Assembly: GCA_036867785.1 (NCBI GenBank)
Contig: CP145420.1
Location: 1,116,001-1,180,000 of the forward strand
Source: Plasmodiophora brassicae
Taxonomy: Eukaryota
DNA length: 64,000 nucleotides
Reading direction: 5' to 3'
The position numbers and the translations under genes are program-made. The notes under the pieces were generated by a model, which was given only the letters and a program-made list of their open reading frames with translations, did not search any database and was not told where the DNA came from. This document shows, piece by piece, positions 31,370 through 43,353 of the stretch; within the stretch, counting starts at the first letter, position 1, and the number at the start of each line of letters is the position of its first letter.

Positions 31370-34300
31370 CTACTGGACTCCTTCCGCCTTAAGTAACTCC
31401 TTAACCTCATCAGCAAGGAAGTGTTTCTCCTTCCTCATCCTGGCTGCATGGGTCTTCACCATCGTTGGTACATCCTTCGCCAACCTGCAGATTGGCTCCC
31501 ATGAATTCTCAGCCTCAGAGAAGCCCTTCCATCCGATCAACAATTCCAATTCCCCTGTCTCTGGACTATGCCTGCAGTCCTTGAAGACCTCAATGGCGAA
31601 ACGCTCATTGTCATAATCCATCTGTCGCTTCAATTCCTCAGTGGCATTCAGTTTGCCATGCTCATAGAGGCGACCGCGGTCCCCGTGAACGGTTCGCGTG
31701 TCCGTCTCATTGAACATATTCCTCACCTCGTAGGTGTAGTTCTCGTGGCTATCAGTTATTTGATATAGGCCCCGCCACTTCATAAAGAGCTTCTTGCCCG
31801 GAACCTTACCCGGTTCAGGCAATCCAATAAGCACATAGTCACCGATCTGAAAGTTCGGTGCAGTTGCTCGTCGGTACGCGTCGCTCCTCTTCCTGTGTAC
31901 GGCTCGGATATTTCTCGATTGCTTCACTGCTCCCTTGTGCATTTCATTCAGCGACGTCTGCAGTTGCATGACTAGCTCCTGAATATGCTCCTTTGAGAGT
32001 GTAGCTTCCCCATACTTCTCATCCCCTGGCCTCTTGAACACTTGTTTCAGCGGGTTGTCTGGTTGACGTCCCATCATCACTGTCACCGGCGCATTCCCGT
32101 TGGTACGCGCCTGCGACCTGTGATTGATCGTGTGTTCAATGTTGTGGTTCAACCATGGCCAGTCGTGTTTGTCCCACTGCAATTCAGACAGAAGTGCTCT
32201 GACTAGTTGCAAGTAGTTCCTGTTGATCACCTCGATCGATCCATTACTGTAATGCCCATAGGCAACAGTCGGGTGATGAGCAAATCCGCATGGACGCGCC
32301 AGATCCTTTACAACGTTTGCCAAAAAGCAAGACGCCATGTCTGACACCATCAACTCAAACGTTCCGAAGATAGCCCTCCATTCGAGCAGTGCCTCTACAG
32401 TGGTTTCTGAATTGGGGATATGGTCAGGAGTAATCTTGACCATGCCAGACAGATCGTCCCTGATTATCAGGTTCCATTGCAGATCATGCCTTCCACCCTT
32501 CTCAGCCGGCATCATGTACAGCCAATCCAAGTGAATCACCTGATTCGGCCTTACACCATGAACAACAGCTGTTCCCAGTGGCCTGGGAATCCTAACCCCG
32601 CCCCTTGTCGGTAGACAGTTCAAACACGCGTTGCAGAACTTCCTCATGTCCTCATCGCAGTGAGCCCAATGGCAGAACTCCCCCAACTTCCTCAACGAGG
32701 CCTTCAGTCCTAGATGCCCACTGTTTCCGCCCGCATGAGCAATAGCGCATAGCTGCAGCTTCAGCTCGTTGCATTCGTCTAGTATGATCCCTTGTCCCTT
32801 CCCTGTGACGAAGAGATCATCACCATTCTTCGGTCGTTTCATTCCTCTGAGCCATTTCTTCTGTGCCTTACGGATTTCGTCCACGGTCGGCCATTGGAAT
32901 TCCTTCCTTTGTAACGGCCGTACCCGATATCCGTCCTCAACTTGAAGCGTAATCCTCCTGATCGTGCGTACCTCTAGGTGCTGGTCATCAGGTCCACCGT
33001 CCGGTGCACCCCACCGCGTCATCAGATCCGACCACACATTGTCCTCCCCCGCAATGTGTTCAATGACGTAGTTGACCCTCTGTATGTCCAGTGCCCATCG
33101 TTGCAGTTTCTGCGCCGTTGGCTTTGACACGTCCGTTGGTGAGAATATCCTCACGAGGTTCCTATGATCGGTGAACAGACGAAACTGCTCGTTGGTTGTA
33201 AAGAGATAGTCCAGTTTGTCAATTCCATCCTTGATCGCGAACCCTTCCTTCTCCACCGTGGACCAGTTCCGCTCTGGGCCCGCGAACTTGTGTCCGACGA
33301 AACCCAGCGGTTCATGTCGCTGCCCATGCACTGGTTTACCCAAATCCTCAGGCGGAATCTGTGTGACTACCGCCGCGCTGTTGACCTCATTTGCATCCGA
33401 AAATAGGCATTGGATCCGGTCCTTTCGCGGGTACGCTAGTTGGACCGCGTCCGCCACTGCCATCTTCAGTTTCTCGAATGCCAGCGCATGTTCGGGTGAC
33501 CATCCATATTTGCACAATCGCACCCTCCTGGCAATGGCTTTCGTCCTGCCAGGTTGGTCCCTCATCGCATCCTCATATATCCTCTGCAACAGGTGTACCT
33601 TCCTGTTGTACTCAGGGATGGACCTGCTCATCCACTGAGTTGCCATTAGGAATTGTTGAAAGTCCCTTGCTGTCCTCGGCTGTGGGATCGCCATCAAAGC
33701 TTCGATCCTCGCTGGATCGTGCCTTGCCCCTTCTGGCGTGAATATCCTCCCACAGAACCTAACCTCTGTCGTGAAGAGCTCACACTTCTCCACGTTGAAC
33801 TTGATGTTATGCCGTTCGGCTAGCATCAGAGTTCGTTCCAACGTTCGGAACCAATCATCCTCCCTCTGGGCATGCCCCATTAGATCATCGATCCATATGA
33901 TTAGTTTGTGAAACATCAGTTCCCCGAACACCTCAAACATCCTCCCTTGATACTGAGGGGCGGAGTTCATTCCCCCCTGCATCGACCTCGTTGGCTTATA
34001 CACCCCCTTATCTGTCATGAAGGAGAAGATCTCCTGACACGCTTCATCCAGCGGCATCATCCAGAAGCCTTTGAACGCGTCTAGCTTAAACCAGAACCTC
34101 GAGCCTGCCAGGTTCCTCAGTATCGCCTCCTGATGTGGCATAAGCCACGCCACGGCGACACATTTGGCATTAACAGCTCTGAGATCAACACAGAACCGCT
34201 TTCCGCCCCCTGGCTTCGTCACCACCACCACCGGTGAAGCCCACTTCGCGTTGTAGTTTTCAACGACGAGGCCGTACTTCTTCAATTGGGCAACGAATTC

Positions 34301-34654
34301 CTCCATGAAAGCACTGTCCTCCATACTGTACTTTCTGGCTCGGCACCTGTAAGGTTCCGCCTCTGGTTTCAGCTCCGTGACAAATGGTGTAACCCTGGCT
34401 GGACCATCGGGTCCAACGCTCATACGCCAAACGTCCCTGTACCTCTTGACGAGCTTCCGCAGCGATTTTGCCATCGCCTGCGGTAGGCCATTCCTCAATG
34501 CGCGCTCGACCATCCCGTCCATCTCCCTTTCCAGGGAGTCTGTGGAATCTGCCCCGATCCTCACATCCTCTGTTTCCTCTTCCTCCCCTTCCCAGAGAGG
34601 TGGCACCTCATTTGCCATATTGTGCACTTCATCCATGACGTCATTCCCCTTCAT
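31370..34654 (-). CDS. Gypsy B RT-RNase H-integrase-chromodomain
   Basis: WIDD, FSDAN, HAGGNSGH...CNAC, HLDWLY, VSD, SIEVIN, GWKGFSEAENSWEP. Confidence 0.9.
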   Translation of the reverse strand: MKGNDVMDEVHNMANEVPPLWEGEEEETEDVRIGADSTDSLEREMDGMVERALRNGLPQAMAKSLRKLVKRYRDVWRMSVGPDGPARVTPFVTELKPEAEPYRCRARKYSMEDSAFMEEFVAQLKKYGLVVENYNAKWASPVVVVTKPGGGKRFCVDLRAVNAKCVAVAWLMPHQEAILRNLAGSRFWFKLDAFKGFWMMPLDEACQEIFSFMTDKGVYKPTRSMQGGMNSAPQYQGRMFEVFGELMFHKLIIWIDDLMGHAQREDDWFRTLERTLMLAERHNIKFNVEKCELFTTEVRFCGRIFTPEGARHDPARIEALMAIPQPRTARDFQQFLMATQWMSRSIPEYNRKVHLLQRIYEDAMRDQPGRTKAIARRVRLCKYGWSPEHALAFEKLKMAVADAVQLAYPRKDRIQCLFSDANEVNSAAVVTQIPPEDLGKPVHGQRHEPLGFVGHKFAGPERNWSTVEKEGFAIKDGIDKLDYLFTTNEQFRLFTDHRNLVRIFSPTDVSKPTAQKLQRWALDIQRVNYVIEHIAGEDNVWSDLMTRWGAPDGGPDDQHLEVRTIRRITLQVEDGYRVRPLQRKEFQWPTVDEIRKAQKKWLRGMKRPKNGDDLFVTGKGQGIILDECNELKLQLCAIAHAGGNSGHLGLKASLRKLGEFCHWAHCDEDMRKFCNACLNCLPTRGGVRIPRPLGTAVVHGVRPNQVIHLDWLYMMPAEKGGRHDLQWNLIIRDDLSGMVKITPDHIPNSETTVEALLEWRAIFGTFELMVSDMASCFLANVVKDLARPCGFAHHPTVAYGHYSNGSIEVINRNYLQLVRALLSELQWDKHDWPWLNHNIEHTINHRSQARTNGNAPVTVMMGRQPDNPLKQVFKRPGDEKYGEATLSKEHIQELVMQLQTSLNEMHKGAVKQSRNIRAVHRKRSDAYRRATAPNFQIGDYVLIGLPEPGKVPGKKLFMKWRGLYQITDSHENYTYEVRNMFNETDTRTVHGDRGRLYEHGKLNATEELKRQMDYDNERFAIEVFKDCRHSPETGELELLIGWKGFSEAENSWEPICRLAKDVPTMVKTHAARMRKEKHFLADEVKELLKAEGVQ

Positions 34655-36054
34655 CGGCGTGTGCTCTTAATGAGTACGTCCAGGGCCTTCTTTGGGTGGA
34701 TACCCAAGTCGTCAAGCAGCCTCAAACCTAGGATAATTTCCTTTTCAGGAATGTCCCATACGAGGCATCGGCGCCGGCGAGTGATCAGTTCGCCTGCCGT
34801 CGTCTTCAGTCCCAGATCCAGTGTCATCAGATGGTAGGCTGTGTGCTTCGTTTCTCTGTCTACCAAACAGAACGTTTCCGGCTTCTGGAGTTTCTCCATT
34901 GTTAACAATGGGTCCCTTTCCATCAGCTCGCGCGCTATGGTCAATGGCATCAGAACATCAACCGATGTCGCTCCACTGTCCAGAAAAGTCCCAACGTAGT
35001 CTTCCTCATGTCCGTTAATACGAACGACTACTTGGCCCCCTGTCCTCCGCGCCTCCTCTGACACCCTTCCTACCACTGGAATCCATGGGTACTCCGATAG
35101 GTCCTCTTTATCAGATTCCTGAATCCCTCTGGCCCTACGGGATCCATCCCTTCCCGTTGGCACCTTGCGGCGATCCTTCAGCAGGTCTGCAACCTGTTTC
35201 TTTGTAGGCTTCTTCGGGCAACGAAACGCTGGATGCCCAACCTCCTCGCAATTGAAGCATCGCAGGTCCTTCCGGTGTCGTTTCGTGTCCCGGCCTCCAT
35301 CGCCTCCGTCATCCGTCTGCGCCCCTCGCTTCTTCGAGGTGGGTTTGACCTTTCCCTTCCCCTTGCCGTCCTCCCGTCCCGGCTCCGCGTACAACATCGT
35401 CTCCTCATACGATGCTGCACGCTCCTTAAGGACTCGATAGAACTCCATCGGGTCCTTCTGGAGCTCGGTCTGGCGCTTCATGACGAGGGTCCGCATGAGC
35501 GCTTGCAAACCGGATGGGCGCACAGCACCCAATAGGTACTTGACCAGGTTCTTCCGTCCCTCGCGGGACGTGAAAAGGTCCTGCCACCCGTTGCGCGCGA
35601 CCAATTCCTCGTACTGCTGCACGAGGTTCACGACCCTTGCCGCCGGTGTGGTGATGGTAAGCTTCATCGCCAGCTTGCGCATCTCCCGGTCGATGTTCGC
35701 GTCCGTCGAGCGATCCTGTTCCAGATGCCTCTTCATCCAGTCCATCAGGTCGCTCTCCGTCACCCTCTCGGCGTCCTTGCCGAGTTCCCACGTGCAGATC
35801 GCCCTGAGCAGACCGGGGTCGATCATACTCTTCACTGATCGCGGGATCTGGCCCTTGGCGTTCGGATCGTCCCGGAAGTGATTCCGATACGTCTTCAGCT
35901 CGGCCATGAACGTCGTGACGGTTTTGCGGTCCATGCTCTTCAAGGTCGGCGCCTTGTTCATCTGCAGGACGATCGTTGAGCCTTGCACGCTCCGTCCTTG
36001 TTGTCGATCGTCGACGTCATCTTCCAACAGCATCTCCTGCGCGGTGGTCACCAT
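34651..36054 (-). CDS. Gypsy B Gag-protease
   Basis: CFNCEEVGHPAFRC zinc knuckle and FLDSGA. Confidence 0.85.
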   Translation of the reverse strand: MVTTAQEMLLEDDVDDRQQGRSVQGSTIVLQMNKAPTLKSMDRKTVTTFMAELKTYRNHFRDDPNAKGQIPRSVKSMIDPGLLRAICTWELGKDAERVTESDLMDWMKRHLEQDRSTDANIDREMRKLAMKLTITTPAARVVNLVQQYEELVARNGWQDLFTSREGRKNLVKYLLGAVRPSGLQALMRTLVMKRQTELQKDPMEFYRVLKERAASYEETMLYAEPGREDGKGKGKVKPTSKKRGAQTDDGGDGGRDTKRHRKDLRCFNCEEVGHPAFRCPKKPTKKQVADLLKDRRKVPTGRDGSRRARGIQESDKEDLSEYPWIPVVGRVSEEARRTGGQVVVRINGHEEDYVGTFLDSGATSVDVLMPLTIARELMERDPLLTMEKLQKPETFCLVDRETKHTAYHLMTLDLGLKTTAGELITRRRRCLVWDIPEKEIILGLRLLDDLGIHPKKALDVLIKSTRR

Positions 36055-36894
36055 CGCGTCCTTCTTTGAAACCTTCCCCGAAAGGATGTTCAAGAGATCT
36101 CTGTGACGTCCTAACGGTGATGGTTTATCGAACCGTGTGCGTAGTCGTCTGTGTCCTCGACCTGCAGCTCCCACGGACGCCGTGCCGACGCCGTGCGGAC
36201 TCCGTGCATGTCCGTCATTCTTAGGGCGGCCAGCCGGATCACAGCTATTCTTGTCTTATAGCTTGGAGCCGGCACACCTTGCATCACCGCCAGCGTTGAT
36301 GGCGGCGATTGGGTATTTCGACTCAAGATGAGCCGCCATCTCGAGAATTTTGTCGTAGTCTCTGAAGTTGTAGAAGAAGAGCGCCTCGGAGAGCGCAGGG
36401 TTCATCGAGAGGCGGAACGTTTCCGCCAAGCGGGCCGGATTGAGTCTGTACAATGGGTCAAGTCGTTGAAGGTCCTTGTACAAGCGTTGGAAGGCCAGTG
36501 CTGTAGTCAGTCTCGAGCTCTCGAGCCAATATCCCAATGAGTTTTATCATCCATCCCATCCACGGCGTCGGCCATGCCATCACAGTGGAGCTAAATCCGT
36601 GCAGGCCCCCTTTCCTCAGGACAGCAGGACCCCGTTCTCCTCAGGACAGCAGCATCTTGAGGTCGGGCACGAAATATAGAGCCCCGCTCTACACTGCCTT
36701 TCTCCGAACTCGTGCCCGGAACCAGCAACATCATCATCGTGCCCGGCGAAGATAGAGAAGACGGCGAAGGGTAGTGTGAGACTCGGAATCATCCAATACT
36801 CACTAAAACCCACCTTGTAACCCCATGGGAAAAATCGGTGGAAAATCCATTTACGGACACCCTTGCCACCGCCACCACCATGAACTAGCCGAGA

Positions 36895-37839
36895 TGTCGA
36901 GGATCATGTCGTACCACCGGCACACGGTGATGCCGTGACAGTGAGCGACTGCGTAACGTCCACGGCACAGGCTCCGCCACCGACGCAGTTGTCGGTAACG
37001 GCTTGGCAAGCCCCTGTTACATAGCGCTACGTCGTCGCCGTCTCACGCCGATGTCGGTCGGAATAAATCACTTCGTTATCGTCTTCATTAGATTAACAGT
37101 CGTACGCGTTCTACGCGCTTCGAGGCGGCGAGCCCACCGGCGCCCTGCGCGCCGGTGCCATCCAGTGCCAGTCCCGCGTCATTGCGTCTCTGCCCTGACC
37201 CTGCTTCTGCACAACGCGCCACGAACGCCCGCTCGAGTCCGCGCCACGCGCAAGAGAGTCCAGGCAGATCGCGCCAGCAAGGCAGGCCGTCATTAAGGGG
37301 ATCCAGAACCAGTACCTGGACGTAAGCGCCAGGCGTACGCCGGTCGTACGGGCCTCAATCGCTTGCCTCAATCGCTTCGCAAGATAACGTTGTCCGTCGG
37401 CGCCATCCGCGTCGACGTCGTCCTGAGCCAGATCCAACACCCTGCGTTGTCTCGTCGACCCCGCCTCAGCAATCGTGCCATTCGTGTCACCTCTAGCCAC
37501 GGTCCGTCTCGCGCCGCGTCAACGAGCCAAGGCCTATGAGCACGTGCAAGGCAGTGTTGTTCATGATCCAGAGTCAAGGGTCCAGCCGGGACATATCCGT
37601 TCGACCGTCTTCCGCATGCAACCGCGTGCCGTTGGAGGGGGCGTGTCGAGGATCATGTCGTACCACCGGCACACGGTGACGCCGTGACAGTGCGCGACTG
37701 CGTAACGTCCACGGCAGAGGCTCCGTCACTGACGCAGTTGTCGGTAACGGCTTGGCAAGCCCCTGTTACATAGCGCTACGTCGTCGCCGTCTCACGCCGA
37801 TGTCGGTCGGAATAAATCACTTCGTTATCGTCTTCATTA
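36895..37839 (+). mobile_element. TRIM-like non-autonomous Copia-type element
   Basis: 196-bp LTRs at 36895-37090 and 37644-37839, PBS gattaacagtcgtacgcg (same core as the Copia), PPT ggagggggcg, flanked by GAGA. No recognisable coding region. Confidence 0.88.
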
Positions 37840-38838
37840 GAGATGGAGATACATGAACTGACGAAGACATCGGCGATGGGGCGCTCGACCCAGATGGGTG
37901 GAGCCCGGTCCATATACACCCGAAAAGTATCATTCACCTAGCTCAGCGCCCGACACAGATGCGTGGACCCCCAGCGCAACAGAGTCTCGATGGTCAGAAC
38001 GCCCTGACCAGAGTCAAATCTGCGGTGACGAGTGACTTAACGGATGCTGCCGAATGTCCCGTGACACAACGATATTGATGAGGCCACCTGTGTGACTACC
38101 CATCGAATAACGTGATGGCCTCTCAGAGGAGCGCCATAAACCGTGGTTGCATGATCGCATAACAACCAGGTTGACTGATTCCATTGACTTGCATGAAAAC
38201 CAGTTGCAATGGTCCCAACTATTTGAGAACCGGGCCCACAATTATTGAGGACCATGATCATGATCATCCTCGTATCGTCCAGTACAGAACGGATACGGTT
38301 GCGTCGTCCTTCCGGTCCCGACGGTACTGAATAAGCGTGCTTGACGGTTGACTCTTGCGCAACCACAAACCGTAAACACTGTACAGGCATTGCCATTCAT
38401 TCCTAATGCCGTCGTCGCTGCTTCCGCTTTGTCTGGCGTTGCGCGTTACTCGCTCGCTTTGATGCTGGGGCGAAACGACGTAGAGCTTCCGCTTGTGGAT
38501 GATTGTCTCCCAGACGTCTTATGAGCTGGTGCACTAACTCGTGGACGTCCTCATAGATGATATGTGCAGGTTCCCACGTCGCCTCCTCAAGATCAAACCC
38601 AGACCACGATACCTTGATTTGCAGTTCTTGCGTGTCTCGATCGATACGACAATCCAATAGGTCGTCCACAATCAAATGCTGGTCAGTGTGTTGAAGGTGG
38701 CGCTTCAAATCGACGGTCATGTTCAAGTCAGCGTCTGCATATCGTCGAATTCGTTGCGTATGTGCGTTGAAGCGTCGTTCAGATAATGGGTTCTCCAACT
38801 CATACACCTGCTCGTTGATTTGCTTGACAACTCGATAC

Positions 38839-39033
38839 TGATGAAGACGATAACGAAGTGATTTATTCCACTGACATCGGCGCGAGACGATGGCGACGTA
38901 ACGCAGTGTAACAGGGCTTGCCAAAGCCGTTACCGGCAACGGCGACGGTGGCGGAGCCTCTGTTGTGGACGTGACACAGCCGCGCACAGTCACAGCGTCA
39001 TCGTGTGCCGGTGGTAGGACATGGTCCTCGACA
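38839..39033 (-). mobile_element. Solo LTR related to the TRIM LTR
   Basis: TG..CA ends, TSD GATAC. The reverse complement aligns to 36895-37090. Confidence 0.88.
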
Positions 39034-39388
39034 GATACGGTCCCCGCCACTGCGCTATCAGCTTCTGCGCAGGACTCTTGAGTCGTCGTCGTCGTTGCTC
39101 AACATTGGCAGCATGTCGCTGTGCCTTCGCTTCATCGACGGCCTTGTGGATCTCGTCGAGAGTCTCTTGCAACATCTGCACGTATTTGGTGAATCCCTCC
39201 GGTGGTACTCGTCGACACTGTCTTTCTGCTGGGTCCCAGATCTGGTCAAGCGGGCTTTCCGGTAAACGTCCCGTGATAACCGTAAATGGCGCGTAGCCGT
39301 TGAGTCGTCGACTTGGTGTGTGGTTGATGACATGCTGAACAACAGGACATAAGTACGGCCAGTTGTGCGTGCTAATCTGGGCCTCGTT

Positions 39389-39571
39389 TGAGAAAGACAA
39401 TAATGGAGTTGATATATTACGTACGGCGTGTGCGGCGGACGTTACAGTGGCGACGTAGTCGCCGACGGTGTAACGGTTGCCAACGCCGGCGGGCACGGGT
39501 CGCGGAGTGCGTGACGGCGTTCACGTGCTGCAGGCATGTGCTGCTGGTCGTAGTGGATACGTTGTTCGACA
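39389..39571 (-). mobile_element. Solo LTR
   Basis: TG..CA ends, TSD TCGTT, interrupts the F integrase. Orientation inferred. Confidence 0.8.
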
Positions 39572-40639
39572 TCGTTCAGGACTGATCGCATGACGTTAAG
39601 CACAGTGCGGTTCGCGCGTTCCACCGTACCGTTAGCCCACGGACAATATGCCGTTGTGATGTGATGCTGAACATCTCGTAGCCGGGTAAGCTCCTCCATG
39701 ACTTCTGCAGTGAAGTGTGAACCCCCGTCCGTGACCAGGTACTCGGGCGTCGCGAAATCAGCAATCCACTGGTTCAGAGCTTCCGCAGCAACACGACTTG
39801 TCGCTTCAGCTGATGGAATCAGACGAACATAACCACTGAAGTCGTCCTTCAAGAGCAGGTTATACTTGTACTTGTGGTCCGCGCCCCTGACAGGCTCCAC
39901 GTATAGATAGTCCATGGTGAGTACGTCGAACGGCTGGTGACCATGTAATGCTTCACCGAGCGGCCGAGGAACTTTCTTACCACCGCGTGTCGTGATGCAA
40001 TGCAGGCATTGCTGACACATCGCTTCAATGTCCTGATTGATCTTGGTCCAGAAGAAGCGCTCCGTGATCATCTGCTTGGTTACTTCCGACGCACGATGAC
40101 CAGCTCTTGCGCATTGGCCAATGACCAGGATTCGAAGGCGTAGACTCTTGCAGTCTTGATGACACGGAATAAGAACGGCTTTGCTCTCGTTCTTCCACAG
40201 ACGATCAGCTTCATCGAAGGACACCCCGTCCTCTATCTTTTCCTCTCGTGACAGAACGCGTTGCGAATCGCGGATCTCCTTTTCGGTCGGCCAGCTGAAT
40301 TCAGGATGTTGCCGAGGAGTGACTCGCAAATCGTCCATCTGCATGATGCGCGTTGCTCTACATGACAGTGCGATGCGACCAGCTCCCATCGGGTCAGAAG
40401 GTCCGCCCATACGTTGTCGGTTCCAGCGATCTCCTTCATCTTGTAGCTGAAGCCTTGTAGATGCAATGACCATCGCTCTAGGTAGCTTCTGCGCCGTATG
40501 CTTCTTGATCTCCGAGTTCCGGTCGAAGATGAACGTCAGATTGCGATGATCGCAGCAGGAACTCCCGGGATGTCTGCAGTAGGAAATCACCGCGCTGCGT
40601 AGCGTTGATGATCGCGGCTGCCTCCTTCTCGATGTCTTC

Positions 40640-41768
40640 CTTTTGTGATGCATGGCCTACAAAGCGCGCTCTGGGACCGCGTTTGGGCGACGGCAGCTCG
40701 ACTCACCACCCTTTGCTACTGTTCGAGTCCCAATCTGCTCCAGTTTCGCGAAGATTTTGCATCGACTGTAACACTGCTACTTCTACAGGTGGCCGAGATA
40801 GATATGAAGTTACTCTCAAGTCGTAAATTCCATTTGCTGGCTCACCTGCCAGTCAATGTTGCCGACTTCGGTCTTCCAGCAGGATTTGTAACGGAGAGCT
40901 TCGAGTCGAACAACGCCGCCACGCGGTCTGTGCTGATCAACTCCAACAGGCAAGCGTCGTCACGTGACACGGCCATCACGTTTGCGCAGTCAGAGACGAT
41001 TCGGCATGTTGCGTCCGGTGGCTGGTGGCTAAGCGAACATGGCCGGTGGACCCATGCCGGGTCAAAGTTACGAGCCGAGTTCGACCAACCAGGTATGAAA
41101 TGCTTACTTGGATACAGGGAACCTGAACTGTGCCGCTTCCACTGGAAGCCTTGGTCGGCCATCGGTCAGCAATTGCCCGTCAGGGACTGGACGTTCTCTG
41201 CTCCGCTGGATGATCGGCACCAATCAGCTGACCACTATCAACTGTACAAAGCCTTCGACAGTCCAAACCCGTCTATCGGCAAGGTCAAGGTGGGCAACTT
41301 CGTCGCTATCGAAGATCGGTTTGTAGCTCGCGTCGTTGGCCTGGCACATTTCACATTTCAGTGCACGTCGTGGACGAGCAGAAAGCTTGGGCGTGACGAT
41401 GTCGGTTGTCGTCCAAAACTGCCAGGTTACTGGAGAGCTCTATAATCTGTGTCCCATTTTGACGACGCTCAACACACAACGATGTATTGCCCCGAAAACA
41501 ATATCCGGAATTTTTAATGTCCAACATGCTTGCGCATTTGATCGGGTGCGGCACGAGCAAACCTGTCCATTGCCTGGATCGAACCACGTTCCTCGTTAAC
41601 GTGCACTGCATCGAGACGCCAATGGCTAGAACAATGTTCCCCATGAAGTCGCCGCTGTTGATTTCGATGCTGAATCAGCTCGCGTCTGGGCACTTCACGC
41701 CAAGAGAATGGCGTTGCACGAGGCTACCAGGCAGCGTAAACGAGGTCGTGATCCACCAGTCTGAATAA
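40640..41768 (+). pseudogene. CACTA/CMC-like transposase C-terminal remnant
   Basis: KFHLLAHLP..V..FG....F.TESFESNN...SNRQASSRD....RHVASGGWW, and after a frameshift IFNVQHAC. Confidence 0.65.
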
Positions 41769-42276
41769 GAAACTACTGGGGTCTAACCCGTTTTATCCTG
41801 AACGACGAATCGGACATTGAGTCCCTGTGTTTCGGGTAAATCCATGTTTTCTGGTTGTCTCATCAGTCATCAGCCTTAAAGTTATGGCGGCGCTGTCATG
41901 GAACCTATAATTAGAAAAGGGGCCCGAAACGAATTTATCTCCAAGGTGACGCGTCGAGGCCGCGGTGTCGTCAAGGAGAGGAGACTGAGACTGCACTGTG
42001 ATTTCGGGAGTCGTTCGCCATCAAGGTACCTTGTGTTGATGTCCCGCGCGTCGCCTCCGTTTAATGTTGCAAACAGATGCCCAGCAAGTATGACATCATA
42101 TTGAATTCGCCCGCGCCGCGGACGTTGGTTCGCAAGCGACCGCATGCGTCGACGGTTGACGCAACAGCCGCTGGGCTGGCCGGGCCATCAACCACGTCTT
42201 CCGCTGCTTCGACTGAGGAGGAAGGCGTCCAGGAGCTTTTAGTGAAAGTCCTGCAGCGACTTGACAATCAAGCCAC

Positions 42277-42390
42277 TGCTCTACAGTCAATCCAAAACGA
42301 GCAAATGAGCCAGTGTCGTTTGGAGACAAGCATGCTCTACAGTCAATCCAAAACGAGCAAATGAGCCAGTGTCGTTTGGAGACAAGCATG
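42277..42390 (+). repeat. 56-bp perfect tandem duplication
   Basis: tgctctacagtcaatcc...gagacaagca occurs twice. Confidence 0.9.
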
Positions 42391-42603
42391 CACAAGACTT
42401 ACATTGTCAACTGGACGGTTCCTAAGGGCATCTCCAACGCTGAGCTATACGCAAACGTTATACCCTTAGCCCCGCACTTTTGGCCACAACGCTGGTCTAA
42501 GAGCCAATCTATGAGCTAAGCGGTAACTTTTGAGTTATGCGGGACCGTATAGCTCCAGCATAACTCAGGAGCCACGGAGTTGCGCAGTATCTGTGTGGCT
42601 GTG

Positions 42604-43353
42604 ATGGCTCGTGGCAAGAAGTGGAGCGACGATGAGGATCAAAGCCTTGCTACATCCTATGTCAGTGTGAGCGTCGACCCGAAGCTAGGAGCCGACCAGA
42701 AAGCTGTAGACTTCTGGTCCAACGTCCTACAGCACTTCCGTACGTTCCAACCGGGCACTGTTCGCACTGTCAACGCATTGTACAATCGCTGGAAGGACAT
42801 TCACACCTGCGTCGGTAAGTTTGCCGGTTACTACGATACGGTGAAGTCTACCGCGCGTTCTGGCTGGTCCGAGGAGGAATACTATGAAGAAGCGCAGCGC
42901 ATGTATGGAGAGCTTGAGGGAGATCCATTCACGTTCTTCGTTCAATGGCAGTATCTGCGAGAAAAGCTGCCGACGTTCGCGGCGGCACTCACCCCATCGT
43001 CGAAGCGGTCAAAACGTGCTCATGATGAAATTGCTGATGATGACGCGGCCACGTCTTCTCTTGAAGAATCGCACGAGTCTCCAGTTGATCTGTCCCAACG
43101 TCCTATGAGTTCCAAGAAAGCTAAAGCGCTTGCGGCCGGGTCGCTTCCAGACAAGGCGATGGAGGCCTTCGTGCATGAGCCACGAGAACGAAACAAATTG
43201 TTAGCAGAGCAGAATCGCATCGCGGCTGAGGAGCAAGAAATCGCATTGTTCTCTGTCGATACTTCCACAATGGATGATGTGTGCCGACAGTATTTCGAAG
43301 AGAAACGTGCAAAGGTGATGGAAGCAATGCTAAAAGGACGCGGGAAAGGCTAA
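42604..43353 (+). CDS. Myb/SANT-like, NAM-associated accessory protein of PIF/Harbinger
   Basis: WSDDEDQSL...SVDP..GADQK...FW...RT..AL.NRW..I...V.KF...SG...F.F...W..LR. Confidence 0.85.
   Translation: MARGKKWSDDEDQSLATSYVSVSVDPKLGADQKAVDFWSNVLQHFRTFQPGTVRTVNALYNRWKDIHTCVGKFAGYYDTVKSTARSGWSEEEYYEEAQRMYGELEGDPFTFFVQWQYLREKLPTFAAALTPSSKRSKRAHDEIADDDAATSSLEESHESPVDLSQRPMSSKKAKALAAGSLPDKAMEAFVHEPRERNKLLAEQNRIAAEEQEIALFSVDTSTMDDVCRQYFEEKRAKVMEAMLKGRGKG

Larger units (their letters stand above)
30975..36276 (-). mobile_element. Gypsy B: full-length chromodomain LTR retrotransposon
   Basis: LTRs 30975-31171 and 36102-36276 differ by a 22-bp duplication. TSD CCTT, PPT gaaggaggggaa. Confidence 0.95.
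30230..36501 (-). mobile_element. Gypsy H remnant (Ty3/Tf2-like gag end and partial protease), interrupted by element B
   Basis: Removing B and one CCTT gives a continuous frame ...NAGGDARAQPLACHYYREVGHFIASC...VIDGR...VVLGLPWLADTNPDIDW. Confidence 0.8.
36502..40631 (-). mobile_element. Gypsy F: 5'-truncated, degraded E-family copy (3' LTR 36502-36693) carrying three nested insertions
   Basis: The LTR matches 53578-53765. PPT ggagaaaggcag. The integrase DNA closely matches 63031-64000. Confidence 0.88.
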
